64,000 bases of DNA from Octopus vulgaris. Its lineage: Eukaryota. The position numbers and the translations under genes are program-made. The stretch lies in the NCBI GenBank assembly GCA_951406725.2, contig OX597818.1, positions 69,564,001-69,628,000 of the forward strand. The letters run 5' to 3'. Shown in pieces: positions 12,853 through 25,873 of the stretch. Positions within the stretch are counted from its first letter, which is position 1; every line of letters starts with the position of its first letter. The notes under the pieces are model-generated. The model worked only from the letters and a program-made list of their open reading frames with translations, was not told where the DNA came from and made no database searches.

Positions 12853-14260
12853 AGAAGAAGAAGAAGAAGAAGAAGAAGAAGAAGAAGAAGAAGAAGAAGA
12901 AGAAGAAGGGGGAAGGAGGAGGAGACATTTATCTCTTGCTAAAGGGGGCAACTTGGTGGACCCATTGTATGGGTTTCACCATGGGTTACTGCACCAAAGA
13001 ACGGTGGTTGGGTGGTTTGTGTGTGGTCTTATGAAGGAAAAATGCAACTACTGTTAGCCAAAGTAGTTAATAATGAAAATCTATTCTTGACAACTTAATA
13101 GAAATAGATTTCAAAACTGCATTTTAATATAACCTGCCACCATTTCGATCCAACATCAGATTCTGTAACTCTTGGTTCTTCCAGCAAATGATATCAACTC
13201 AACTCTTTGGTTCTTGGAATATCCTCAGCATCTAACCCTGTCGACCCTAATCTTCCCCAGACAACCTTTGGGTTATAATGCAAAGGTACTATTTTAAAAG
13301 GGATCTAAATCAAAAGCTTGTCAAAAGTTCTGCTAATTTCTGCTCCAAACACCAGATTAATAACGACAAAGTGATTTTACTAAATTCTTTATTTCTTTCA
13401 AAATGAACCGAAAGAAGTGTATTTCAATAGAAATCGGGTAACAAAAAAGAAAAAGATTCAAAATGTCAGGAATATGTTGGCAGATTTTTTTCAGATTTGA
13501 ATTTAATTTTAGTAATATTGCAAATAATGTTTTAGTGTACAGCAGGTCAGAAGAAGAGCATGACATGATATTAAATCAATGCTTAGCAATATTATGCAAT
13601 ATTGGCCTTGCTTTGAATCACAAGAAATGTATTCAAGGTAGAAGCTAGACATGATGTTTTGGTTCCTGGGTTCCAAATCAGGGAGTTAAACTGATAGAGA
13701 GAGTAAGAGAACTCTTTGCTGGCTTCTGCCCTTGTCCTGAATACCACACTGTGTTGCATGTAATATGCTGGAGTCTTTCACATCCTGTTAAGATGTGGTA
13801 GCCACTTATCTACGTTAATGTCATTGGCAAAGAAACAACAAAAAATTAAGGTCCTACCAAAGTTAACAGCAGACAAGCATTCCTAGCATAGAAGTAGGAA
13901 ATGCATCACAGTTGGGGGCTGATTGGATAAGTTATGTCATTCTCATAATATGTCTCATAGCACCAAGTGAATTAGGAAGCTTTTGTTTAATGTTCTTGAT
14001 CATTTCACGTGACACTTAAACACAAAGATTGATATACAAGGGAAACTGAGAGATAAAGCAAAAAAGAATAAAATGGGGTGGGATTTCATAGGAATGGTAA
14101 ATAAGTGGAATTTTTTGCAGGACTTAAAACAATGTAAAACAATGTCATCGTGCTTTAGCATCAAACAACTTCTATGTTGATGCCAGTCTTGTTAGAATGG
14201 CTACTATTTTGGTAAAACAAGGCTCATAAATATGACACATTATTTCCAATGCCTCTGGGT
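12340..14260 (+). mobile_element. Decayed Ty3/Gypsy pol (protease-RT-RNase H)
   Basis: In order: FLIDPRTSCNLIDK (protease), FPEVFKDIGKVKD, NIANNVLVYSRSEEEHDMILNQCLAILCNIGLALNHKKC (RT, DD lost), YVDASLV..ATILVK (RNase H); interrupted by a (GAAA)n(GAA)n tract and other sequence. Confidence 0.82.
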
Positions 14261-14404
14261 ACGACAAGGCAGTATGTACGATGCATTTGGTAGTTGTTTC
14301 AGGTGCAAGCAGACTTGAATAGTCTCTTGATACACCTGCATGAGATTAGGAGAAGAGGGTGAGATATGAAGGATGTGAGAGCTGGAAGGGGAGGGGAACA
14401 ACCA

Positions 14405-14545
14405 GCACTTGGCTGGTTCTCAGTAACAGCTGAGTAGGCTGAAGTAACATTAAATGAAATGTCTTACTCAGGGCCACAATGTGCTGCTCGGTCCCAGAAT
14501 TGAACCAACGACCTTAGGATCATGAGCTGAACACCTAAACCATTT
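14405..14545 (-). mobile_element. tRNA/CORE-like SINE fragment (distinct family)
   Basis: Reverse strand GGTTTAGGTGTTCAGCTCATGATCC..GGTTCAATTC..GTGGCCCTGAGTAAGACATTT resembles a tRNA head plus CORE motif. Confidence 0.55.
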
Positions 14546-14627
14546 GTTTTACCCATCATAACTAAGGCCATGTTACAGTACTGCATATTGTGTGTGTGTG
14601 TGTACATGTGTGTGTGTGTACAGTGGT

Positions 14628-14820
14628 TTCAAATTTTGGCACAAGGGAGAGGGAAAGTCACTTATATCGACCCCATGACCCCACTGCTCAAATGATACTT
14701 ATTTGATCAGCCCTAAAAGAAAGAAAGGCAAAGTTGCCCTCAGTGGAATTTGAACACAAAGACAAAGAAAATGCTGCTAAACGTTTTTCCTGCCATGCTA
14801 ACGATTCTGCCAGCTCACCT
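14628..14820 (-). mobile_element. SINE family A
   Basis: AAAGGCAAAG..GGAATTTGAAC..CTAACGATTCTGCCAGCTCACC. Confidence 0.8.
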
Positions 14821-14849
14821 TTCATGGATCAAAATATTTGGTACCTTGC

Positions 14850-15098
14850 TGTGCTCAAGAACACCTGGCTACCATAGCAGAATTGATTGCTGATGTTGGT
14901 GCTGCATGAAAAGCACCCAGTGCACTCTGTGAAGTAGTTGACATTAGGAAGGGCATCCAGTTGTAGAAACCCAGCCAAAATAGACCATGGAACATGGTGT
15001 GACCCCTGGCCTTGCCAGCTTTTGTCAAACTCTCCAACCGATGCAGCATGGAGAACAGTTGTTAAATGTTGAATGTTGATGATGATGATGATGATGAT
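14850..15098 (+). mobile_element. RTE 3' tail fragment
   Basis: AAAAGCACCCAGTGCACTC..TTAGGAAGGGCATCCAG..CAGCATGGA..(GAT)n. Confidence 0.8.
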
Positions 15099-15732
15099 TG
15101 TATTATGAACACATCAGCACGTGTGCATGTATGTGTGTGTAGATATTTTTTTCAACCAGGAGTAAAATCCAATAAATAAATAAAATAGTATCAGTTTCCC
15201 TGGCTATGTCTTCCAAAGGATAAAGATGACAGAAGGTGGCAGGGGAGTGCTTTCAATTTTTTATTTTTGCTTGTTGGATGAATTAATTTTTAATTTTATT
15301 TATTTTTTTTTTTTTCGGTTTGTTGGCAAATTCTGAAAATAGCAGATCGTTTCTAATATGTTGAATGTGACAAGTTGTTGCCATCCATCATACACAACGT
15401 AACCTCATTCATGTATATCTTCCATGAATATCAATAAGCATATCGCAGTCAAATGAATATAGACCACCACACTCGGGTTTCTTGTTTGCTTTATATTCTT
15501 ATTTTTTCTTTCATTTTCTTTTCTTTTTATTGTTTTGTTCTTTGTCTGACTTGATAATTTCTTTTTTGCTTTTTTTTTACATTTTCTTCTTTTCTTTTTT
15601 TCTGTTTTTTTCTCTCCTCCATTCCATGTTCTCTTGCAACAGAATTTATGGCAATATTATAATATTATATGCTAATAGTATGCAGTTGAGGGTTTTTTTC
15701 TCTTTCTTCATTGCCAAATAGAGATAACTGGT

Positions 15733-15764
<32 letters not shown>

Positions 15765-16077
15765 ATGTGTATATGTCTATATGTGTGTGTGTGTTACAGA
15801 AATTGCATATAGTATGAATGTGAGAAAGAGAGGGTGTATATGTGAGGGATGGGTAGAGGAAGGAAAACAAAGAAGGTGAATTACAGTCATTTTATTTTAT
15901 TTTACATGAGTATAAAACAAGCTTACAACAGGAAATATGACCATAAATTTAGTGATAGCTGTTATAGACACACACACACACACACACACATACATATTAA
16001 TTATAAATTTACATGTACCTATGTACCTATAAATATGTATGTATGTGCACACACACACACACATATATGTATATATA

Positions 16078-16119
<42 letters not shown>

Positions 16120-16718
16120 GCATATATGTTATATATTTTTGCACAAGTATCATTTATCCCTCAACAAGAGCATTTCTCCATGCTTGCATTTATTGAATGA
16201 AACTTCTGGAGAAAGTATTCTATGGCTGGATGCCCTTCCTAATGCCCACCCCTACTTCTTTACAAGTACAATATTTTATTCCAATGGTTTCACATGTCAA
16301 ACGTGGTTTCTTGTATTAATCCCACTGTGGGGCACCTTGGACAAGCATCTTCTACCATAGACTTGGGTCAGCAAGAGTAGATAACTTAGGTAAATGGAAA
16401 CTGTGTTGAATCCAGTCATACGTGTGTGTGTGTGTACTTGCAAAGAAACCATTCCATTGAGGATGAGGACATAAACCAAAACATTCCGCTTATAGTCACC
16501 CGTAAAGTCGTAAACCATCTTCCATTCAAACAAGTGATACTTTCCAATTCTGCACCAATTATCAAATCTCAAAAGCAATTAAAGAACCACAAATTATTAA
16601 CAGCTAAAAACTGTCACCTAGTCATAAAAGACTCTTAACAAAAGCAAAATCCACAATGCCAGAAAGAAAATACCATAATTAATAAAATGTAGAGACTTTC
16701 ATTATGGGATATGTGAAT

Positions 16719-17112
16719 AGGAGTGGCTGTGTGGTAAGTAGCTTGCTAACCAGCCACATGTTTCCGGGTTCAGTTCCACTGCGTGGCATCTTGGGCAAGT
16801 GTCTTCTGCTATAGCCCCGGGCCGACCAATGCCTTGTGAGTGGATTTGGTAGACGGAAACTGAAAGAAGCCTGTCGTATGTATGTATATATATATGTATG
16901 TGTTTGTGTGTCTGTGTTTTTCCCCCTAGCATTGCTTGACAACCGATGCTGGTGTGTTTACGTCCCCATCACTTAGCGTTTTGGCAAAAGAGACCGATAG
17001 AATAAGTACTGGGCTTACAAAGAATAAGTCCCGGGGTCGATATGCTCGACTAAAGGCGGTGCTCCAGCATGGCCGCAGTCAAATGACTGAAACAAGTAAA
17101 AGAGTAAAAGAG
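16719..17112 (+). mobile_element. SINE family B, full length (~395 bp), CORE-like
   Basis: Head GGAGTGGCTGTGTGGTAAG (A box) and GGTTCAGTTCC (B box), CTTGGGCAAGTGTCTT CORE-like motif, internal TA/TG microsatellite, tail (AGTAAAAG)2; about a dozen partial copies in the window. Confidence 0.9.
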
Positions 17113-17309
17113 GGCAAAACTAAAACATTCAAGAATGGCTCGGAGTTGGTGGGTGATACACATGCGGATTGCAAGACAAGAAATTTCATTTATTTTATCA
17201 CAAGTCCATACTGCAATAATAATTATATTGGACAAATAGGATCGAATTTAATAGATTGATTGGGTTAGGGTACATAAGCACCAAATTAAAGATTTACCTC
17301 TTGGATATG

Positions 17310-17483
17310 TGTCATCTAATAAACATCTAGACATTCGTGCAAACGGAAAACTGGAAATATTCCAATTTTTAAAAATACAGAAAATGGTCAACTTTTCATA
17401 GCTGACCATTTTGTTTATTTTTAAATATTGGAATATTTAGAGTTTTCCTTTTGCACAAATGTCTCGATGTTTATTACATGACA
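17310..17483. repeat. Long inverted repeat/hairpin, ~84-bp arms, 6-nt loop
   Basis: TGTCATCTAATAAACATC...GGTCAACT-TTTCAT-AGCTGACC...GATGTTTATTACATGACA; about 10 mismatches, no indel. Confidence 0.93.
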
Positions 17484-17599
17484 AAAAGTGGATACTTTAT
17501 AAGAACTCTAAATGTGAAATTAATCCTGAAATAGTCATTATTACTACTAAAAACAACTACTTCTTTATGGATTATCTTATAACCTGTGTCTGAAAAGTC

Positions 17600-18700
17600 T
17601 GAAAACAGTAAAAAGCACTTTATGCAGCACAGAATCGTCCATTCAGGAATTTTTTCTAAATCTGTGTAAAAGAAGAATAAGGTTTTAATATTTCAAAACT
17701 ATTTTTAGTTATAGTTAAAGGTGAATTAATATCTTATAAATCAAAATAAAAGTATTAGAGTCTTTAAGATGATATGGTAAACTAATGTGGAATAGTTAAG
17801 AAGGTCAACTAAGATAAAACATATTTAGATTTATGAATATTTATAGTTAGATTAGTTTGATAAAGAGAAGAAATTAATACTGTGTAAAAATATGAGATAA
17901 ACATTTAAATGTGGCTGAGAGGAACGTTGTGGAAATAAATATAAATTTTTAAAATAAATTTATGCTTAGGTTGGAAAAAAGACTGACAGAGTAATTAAGT
18001 GACCATAGAAATCTTAAACAATAAAAATAACAAAATTGGTAAAATAAACGAAAAGACAATAATGAGATTGAGAAGTCAAATTATTGTTAAATATGTGGGA
18101 GTGGGGTCCAGAAAAGAGGGGGGAAAAATAGAAGAAGCGAATTACATTCCCATTTGAAGGATGATCTTTTTTTAAAAAAATGTTTCCAAGGTTATCAGAA
18201 TGAATCAGAGAGTAATTTCAGAGCAAAGATTCTGAAAATAGTGAAAGGCAAAAGTAAGATAATTGCGTTCCAGCTCTAATTGATGTGTATGTAAATTAAG
18301 AGTTTAGGAGAGAAGTAATAGGTAAAAGGTTTAAGGGGTTAAAGTATAAATTAGAAAAGTATGAAGTAGAAATTTTAGATGAGAGATTAATGATTTGAGA
18401 GAGAGATTAATGATTGAAAAGAGTAAAAAGTTACAAAACATGAAAGATTTTACAAGATAAATTTCAGTTGTATTCGAAAGCCATGTTGAAATGTCTCATT
18501 AAAAGAAAAGGAGGATGTTCTGGGAAATCAAATGAAATTAATTAATGTTCGCCAAAAGTGGGTTACAATTAGTAACTGGAAACATTGTAGGAATAAATTA
18601 GTGAATGTCATTATGGATGAAATAAAAGGGTAGACTTCAGATCAAAACATTTTCTTACTCAGTAAATACAGGATATCGTTGAAATGGTTTAATGAGGGGT
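17600..18700 (+). mobile_element. Highly decayed L1/Tx1-like LINE
   Basis: A-rich strand with remnants WK*I (cf. WKLN), NYIPI (cf. NYRPI) and KRKGGC (cf. GGLG). Confidence 0.35.
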
Positions 18701-19000
18701 CATATGAAACAAGAGGGTACTTGTATCTGAAGCCCACGTTTACAGGATGTCATCATCATCAGCAACAGCAGCATTTAACAGCTGTTTTCCATGCTGGTAC
18801 AGGGTGTGTTGGGGAAGAAGGAAAGGGTGTATTTCCAGAAGAGTGTGATAGGGTTTAGACATAAGGTAGTAGAGATGAATGTAGAGAGTGATGGGAAATG
18901 CCAGAAATGTCAGGTGAGAGAGATAGAAGTGATTTGGGAAGGAGGATAGATGAGAAAGTAGGGAGAATGAGTATATAAGGATGGCTATAGTGAGTGGGGG

Positions 19001-19309
19001 TGGAGGCGCAATAGCCCAGTGGTTAGGGCAGTGGACTGGCAGTCGGAGGATCGCAGTTTCGATTCCCAGACCGGGTGTTGTGTATGTTTATTGAGCGAAA
19101 ACACCTAAAGCTCCACGAGGCTCCGGCAGGCGGGGTGGCGACCCCTGTTGTACTCTTTTGCCACAACTTTCTCTCACTCTTTCTTCCTGTTTCTTGAGTA
19201 ACGCTGTGATGGACTGGCATCCTGTCCAGCTGGGGGGAACACATACGCCATAGAAAACAGGAAACCGGGCCCATGAGCCTGGCTAGGCTTGAAAAGTGCG
19301 CAAAAAAAA
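19001..19309 (+). mobile_element. SINE family C, full length, poly(A) tail, 12-bp TSD
   Basis: tRNA-like head GGAGGCGCAATAGCCCAGTGGTTAGGGCAG..GTTTCGATTCC; A9 tail; AGTGAGTGGGGG at 18989-19000 and 19310-19321. Confidence 0.92.
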
Positions 19310-19647
19310 AGTGAGTGGGGGCATGATAGATTTGAGAGGGCACTGACACTGATGGATGACATGAAGTAAAAGTTAAATAATTAACGATTGGCTAAAATAG
19401 TTTAAAGCTTAAATTACTAGATATAGTTGGAGTATATCTTTAACTATGTCTTTAAAAGATTGAAGTTAAAAGGTAGATTTCAGGCCAAAAGTATTGGTTA
19501 GATATTCAATTGAGCAAATAATATTTATCTATGTTGGTGTTGTCTTGCTTTGTAAAAGTATTAGTTTCGCACACTTTTAACAATAAGAAACATTTTCTTT
19601 CCGAACAAAATAGCAAAGCTCTCAATTGTGCACATATTACATGATCT

Positions 19648-19920
19648 TGTTGTTGTTTGTTCCTTCTCGAGCCATGCCTGGCTCATAAGGGCCAGTTTCC
19701 CAGTTTCATTGGTGTAGAGGTTCTCCACCTGGATGGGACACCAGCCCATTGCAGGTGAGCTGCAGCATGCAGGAGGAAAGAGTGAGTGTAAGTTGTGGTG
19801 AAAGAGTCAGCAGAAGTTTCCCATTACCTTCAGCCACAGCCACGTAGAGGTTTGGTGGTTTGCTCATAAGCACAAACATTGCCTGGTCTGAGATCCTTCA
19901 ATCGCAAATCAGCTGCTCTC
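19648..19920 (-). mobile_element. SINE related to family C with (AAC)n tail
   Basis: Reverse strand shares CCACAACTT..CTCACTCTTT..GGGCTGGTGTCCCATCCAG..GAAACTGG..ATGAGCC with 19001-19309. Confidence 0.75.
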
Positions 19921-20154
19921 CACATGGTTTGTCTTAGCTCTTTAAAACATGCTCTTTGGTTTGATAGAAGCTGGTGAACCAGAGCACGACACCAAGTTCT
20001 ACTACCAGCTTTGAAATGGTTTCTAGTGCTGGGTGCCCCTCCTAATGCCAGCCACTTACAGAGAGTACAAGATGCTTTTTACATGTTCCCAGCAATGGCA
20101 AGGTCATCAAGTAACTTGTAAGATAAGGCCCCTTGACCTGAGAGAGAAACTAGT

Positions 20155-21135
20155 GGAAGATGTAGACCCTGGAAGACATGGGATGAAGTGGTGAGAAATG
20201 ATCTTCAGACGTTGACCCTTACAAAGAAGATGACAAGGGACTGAGACTTCTGGCAATTTGCTGTGTTTCAGAAGACAGGTTAAGCTAAATAAAAACTACA
20301 GCCAGTCAAACATACAGGTATGCCATTTACGGCCATACCTGCCGTCCCATCACACACACACACACACACACATACACAATTCTGTTCTTTGACAAAACTC
20401 CCTCACAACACATCTCCCCACCACCCACTGCAAGCCTCTCCAATATCCTTCACCTGCCAATCCACAGACTCATCAGGCCTTTACATATCTACCCACCTTT
20501 CATCCACTCCAATTCCTCTCACCATAATTTGCTATCTCTAATTATCTTCTCTCACAATATTATACAACATCTCCTTCTTTCCCCCTCTACATATACTTCC
20601 TCACTGTTTGCTGTGGGTAGCCCCCCCCCCATCTCTCTCTCTCTCTTTCTCTCTCATGCTGAATTGTATCTATCTGTCTCTCTAACTCTCTCCCACCTCC
20701 TTCTCTTTCTGTGTCCTACTAAAGTAGCCATGTAGCTCCACAGTAGTAAAACCGTTGACCCTGTCCCTCTATAATACTCCACAATATTTTGTCTGGTTCA
20801 GGGCCACTTCTTTCACTTCCTCTCCCTTTATTAGCGGAGAGGTCTTTGCCATGCAAGCTACTTGGTGACCCTGCAGGAGCTGGTGACTAGTAAACAGCAC
20901 TCGTGCTGGCATTACATGTAAAGTACCCTCATAGGTTCCACATAAAAGGTGCCCAGTGCTGGTACAAGGTAAAAAGCACCCAGTGCAATCTGCAAAGTGG
21001 TTGTCATTAGGAAGGGCATCCAGTCATAGAAACCATGCCAAATAGACAACTGAAGCCTGGTGCAGCCTTCTGGTTTTCCAGCTTCTGTAAACTGTCCAAC
21101 CCATGCCAGCATGGTAAATAAGCATCAAATACTGA
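20155..21135 (+). mobile_element. Older RTE subfamily: ORF end plus long 3' UTR
   Basis: GRCRPWKTWDEVVRNDLQTLTLTKKMTRD matches the RTE C-terminus; ends with TTAGGAAGGGCATCCAG..CCAACCCATGCCAGCATGG. Confidence 0.85.
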
Positions 21136-21289
21136 TGAATTCCACGCTTAAACCATTTGGTTTGTTTAGAGGTGAAAAGTTTCCTGCACCTGTTTTCAAC
21201 CTCATCCACATTGTTGAACCTCCATCTGTACAAGATATGAGCCATGACTCAGAAAATATGGTAATCAAATGGTACAACGTCTACACCGT

Positions 21290-22150
21290 AGGTAACACTG
21301 GAGTGTGAGGTAGCCCTTCCAGCCTCTCAAGTATCTCAAGTCTGTAATTGGTCAGATTGGCAGTGTTTGCTGGGGCATTGTCCATCTGTAGGGGTGCACA
21401 GCTTCAATTGACTATTGTCAGGCTGCACGCTTGCAATGTATTGTGCACTTGAGCATGGCATTTACAACATGACAATTTAGGTCAATCCCAAAGTACAGCA
21501 ACCCCACGAAATTCTGCCGAGCATACAACATGACTGTCTATTCAAACTGTCCTTGTTTGACTACAGGTTCTGATTCCTGGTCAGAATAAAGCCGTTGATT
21601 TTTCTTGAGATTATGAAAATAGATCCTTTTTTCATCTCAAGTTAAAGTTTGATACCAAAAAAGCTATCTCAGGATTTGTCAGCAGCTGCTGGCAGATGTT
21701 CACACATCCTTCAGCCTGGTCATTGTTCAGTTCATGAGGTGCTTCTCAACCATGTCACTTCACAACACTGAGTTTAAGGAGGTGTTAACTTATTGATAGT
21801 GCTTTGTGAAGGACCAAGTTCTGCCAAAAATGTAGGAGTGCTTGTGCTTGGTTGATACTCAACCATTTCAATCAAGGCCTCACCTTCCACAGCAGGTTGT
21901 TTACCTGACTTTAGTCTGTCTTTGAAGATGGTGTCACCTTCCTTGAAACGTCTGAACCAATTTTGTGCCACATGTTTGTTGACACTTCCTGGGCCTTCCA
22001 CAACATTCATTTCTTTTGCCACTGCCTTCGCACTCAGCACGTTTTTTCCCCAGGTAGCATAAAATGATTCTAATTGCAGTTTTTACTCCACACGTTATCA
22101 AAGCTATAAAATAAATTGAAGATCACATTGCCATGTAACTTGTGTCGCAA
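21290..22150 (-). mobile_element. Mariner (Mos1/Hsmar-type, DD34D-like) transposase pseudogene
   Basis: HTH: EMNVVEGPGSVNKHVAQNWFRRFKEGD..SGKQ; then T*DEKRIYF, LQMDNAP and a GW..LPHTP-like motif; stops and frameshifts. Confidence 0.88.
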
Positions 22151-22253
22151 GAGAAACTTTCGGTTTCTATCAAAAAAGCAATATCTTCTACAATATGTAT
22201 TAATCACTATTCTGTTATTCATCCAGCATAAGCCAACACACACACACAAACAT

Positions 22254-22300
<47 letters not shown>

Positions 22301-23285
22301 ATATTTTGAGTAACCACTAAATTGGTCTAAGTAGTGAACCATAACCATTCAGAACGTAAACATTTTATTCATCTCCAGACACTGTTGACCAATGGCCACT
22401 ACAAATTGTTAAATATCTGTCCAACCCATGCCAAGTAAAAAAAAATGAGAAATAATTTATGATGATGATGATGATGATGACGACGACGACGGCGACGATG
22501 ATGATGGTGATGATGATGACGACGACGATGACGATGGTGATGCTACATGGTAAACTTCATCTTAAATTTGTTTTGTTTATCTTTTTTACCCTACAAGGCA
22601 TAACAGCATTTAAACGAAAGTCAAAAGATTTAATAGTTGTTAATTAATAGATGCCATTGCCTTTATGTCAACACAGATTAACTTTAGCTTCTCTGCTACA
22701 GATCCGAAGGTTTATTCCAGTGATGTGACATTACTAATAAAAACCTAACTTTTCACTGCTCTCTTTAATTTTTTAATTAGCATATATTTGCTGTTGTTTG
22801 CTTTTTTTAATTATTTTTCTTCTTGTTTTGTTTGCATGAAAGTCAAGATTAATCAAATAGGTTTGGAAATAACACTCATTAACCTTAATTGTTATTTTGA
22901 ATGAACACATTAAATCTGATTGTCTGTCTTTATTTTATAATTTTCTCCCTCGTCAAGTTTCTCCACTCAACAAAACAATTTTCACATAAGTTGCAGAGTT
23001 CTGATACTTAAATTAACAGAACATTTTGTTATTGTTGTGATTGTTGTTATTGTGGTGGTTGATTTGTTTTTCTTTAAGTTGACCTTGATTAGGCTAATGT
23101 AATATCGAACCATTCCAGCCATACCCATCCAATTTTTATATTGCTTCTAGATGTAGTGTACCTTGGACTACATTCACTTATGTGACCCTTACGTTTTTAG
23201 GATTGTAAGATATGTGATGGAGATTAGGCTTTTATTTGTAGATAATCTGGTTCATCAACAGAACATATTGTTTATAATTTCGTTG

Positions 23286-23552
23286 TCATCATCATCATCA
23301 TCATCATCGTTTAACGTCCATTTTCCATGCTAGCATGGACGGTTCGACCGGGATCACAAGAGGCTGCACCAGGCTCCAGTCTGATCTGGCAGTGTTTCTA
23401 CAGCTGGATGCCCTTCCTAACACCAACCACTCTATGAGTGTAGTGGGTGCCTTTTACGTGCCATCGGCACAGGTGCCAAGGGAGGCTGGCAGCAGCCACG
23501 ATCGGTTGGTACTTTTTACGTGCCACCGGCACAGAAGCCAGTCAAGGCGGCG
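23286..23552 (-). mobile_element. Young RTE 3' tail fragment
   Basis: (CAT)n-GTTTAACGTCCATTTTCCATGCTAGCATGG..GGATGCCCTTCCTAA and two UTR hairpin units. Confidence 0.88.
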
Positions 23553-24084
23553 CTATGTTCTATATGTCACCAGCATTTTAAGCTAGGTGCTGCTGTTGTT
23601 TAGCCCTGGGTCAACTTCGAACCATATCAATTAAGATATATGTAATGTTGTTATAGTCTGTCCTTCTGCGTGTTACTTCTATAATCTACCTTTCTGTGAC
23701 TTCCAACTGTATTTATTTTTACATTCTTTAACCCCCATCTCTGATGAAGCAGACAAATAATCCAAGGAGCTTCAGCCATGCCAATCCCATTCTTCTTTCC
23801 AGGCATAGTGCTTCAGACTAAATTACCCAGCAGTAGGTAAAAGTATCCCTGGAGTGTGTTCTGCATACTAAATACAAAAAGGGCCCCGGTTTCACAATTA
23901 AAACACGGTTGCTAAACTACTGTTCACAGATTTTTAATCAAATAGTAGATAAATGCCCTTCAAGGTTATCTAACCCTTGTGAAATCAACCGGCCCAAGAA
24001 CACTCCTCATTTCATGATACAAATTTCTTGTTCATAAAGATCTAGATTAAACTGACAAAATTTTATGTTAATATTTTAAACAAT

Positions 24085-24470
24085 ACTCTTTTACTCTTTT
24101 ACTTGTTTCAGTCATTTGACTGCGGCCATGCTGGAGCACTGCCTTTTAGTCAAGCAAATCGACCCCAGGACTTCTTCTTTGTAATCCCAGTACTTATTTT
24201 ATCGGTCTCTTTTGCCAAACTGCTAAGTTAAGGGGATGCAAACGCACCATCAGTTGCCAAGCGATGTTGGGGGGACAAACACAAACACACATACATATAT
24301 ATATATATGATGGGCTTCTTTCAGTTTCCATCTACCAAATCCACTCACAAGGCTTTGGTCGGCCCGAGGCTATAGTAGACAACATTTGCTCAAGGTGCAA
24401 TGCAGTGGGACTGAACCAGGAACCATGTGGCTGGTAAGCAAGCTACTTACTCCACAGCCACTCCTATGCC
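24085..24470 (-). mobile_element. SINE family B, full length
   Basis: Reverse complement of 16719-17112 from tail CTCTTTTACTCTTTTACTTG to head CACAGCCACTCC. Confidence 0.9.
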
Positions 24471-25217
24471 TATAATATTTTATTAATGACAAAGATATTT
24501 CTTTTAATTCTTCATTTGCTTTAAAATCTATTGATATAAATGCACTGTTTTTCAATGGAAATATGATGGCATAAAGTCCGATGCTAAAAACAAAAGGGGA
24601 GATAACTTCAGTGAGATCAGTTGATTCAAATTTTGAGACATTACAAACAGTATAGACTGGAGTAAATTGGTTTTTAATTCTTTTGCTACCATATTTCTGC
24701 TGGAATATACTGCCGTTATTTTAATTAATTTTGGAAATAAAGAATTTAGTAAAATAACTTTGTCAATATCAAGCTAGTACTTGGAACATAACTTGAAATT
24801 TTGGTGGAAGCTTTTAATTTAAATCACTTCCAAACAAGAATTTTTTTTCCATGGAACAAATGACGGTTTCAGGTTGGCTGCTATCAAAACAGTAAAATTT
24901 GAATAAAATTTTGGCTGCTATAACTAGAAATTTGAGAGGCCACTTTGAGTTAGTCCATTCTTATTGTTGTTTAGCCCAGGTCAACTTCAATTAAGTAGAC
25001 CTATGATCAAATGCATTCCAGCCATTACCATCCTGACTATTTAAAATCAGGCTGGATTATATAATTTAAAGTATTCTTTCATTATTTTGAAAATCTTAAG
25101 ATGCGATATGAGGAAGGTTTGGCAGCCATTTCTAGTAAATTGAAAGACCACATAGAGGCTTCATTGTTTGTTCATTTTTCAGTTGTCCAATTAATAATTT
25201 AACGGGAAATGATTATT

Positions 25218-25447
25218 CAACCTTATCGAATTTAAACCAGCTATGTTCAGTCTGAATTTTCTACTTGTTTTATATTAAAGAAAGCCAGATCCAGCCTCTC
25301 ACATGAACCCTACAACGTCATTCTAAACATAAACTATTACATCATTAGCATCTCAAAAGTTACAAGACAATGCACGATTAATTCAAAACGATGTAAAGAA
25401 ATAAGCATTACATTTGACAGAGAAATCTAAGTGTTAGGGTGGGTTAA
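25218..25447. mobile_element. MITE-like element (~230 bp) with GGGTTAA end
   Basis: Inverted homolog of 25604-25813; TTAA/CCC-type ends suggest a piggyBac-derived MITE (inference). Confidence 0.65.
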
Positions 25448-25603
25448 GGGTGTCATAATTATCATTAAAAATGGCACCAGTGTCATAAGAAAGGAAAATA
25501 TTAAATTAAATTAAGACTAAAAATAAACCTAGATAAACTTTGATATGCTTTTGTCAGAATTTTCCCAAGGCATCCTAACTTTACCCTTTAACATCCTAAC
25601 TTT

Positions 25604-25813
25604 ACCCTTTAACATTCAAATTTCTCTGTCAAATGTAAGATTTATTCCCATCATTTTGAATAAATCATGCATTATATCATAACTTTGAGACTTCAATGAT
25701 GTGATTGTTTAACTTTAGAATGATCTTGTAGGGTAAGTGTGAGAGGCTGGATGTGGCCAGTTTTGACAGAAAACAAGTAGAATATTTGAGCCAGTTTAAA
25801 TGCTGAAGAGTTT
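25604..25813. mobile_element. MITE-like element, inverted relative to 25218-25447
   Basis: CCCTTTAACATTCAAATTTCTCTGTCAAATGTAA..GTGAGAGGCTGGAT..AAATGCTGAAGAGTT; 21-bp tandem duplication at its left end. Confidence 0.65.
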
Positions 25814-25873
25814 AGAGCATCACTTAATGGAATCATTTTTATGTCAAGTTTTGCAATAACATAAACTTTCAAG

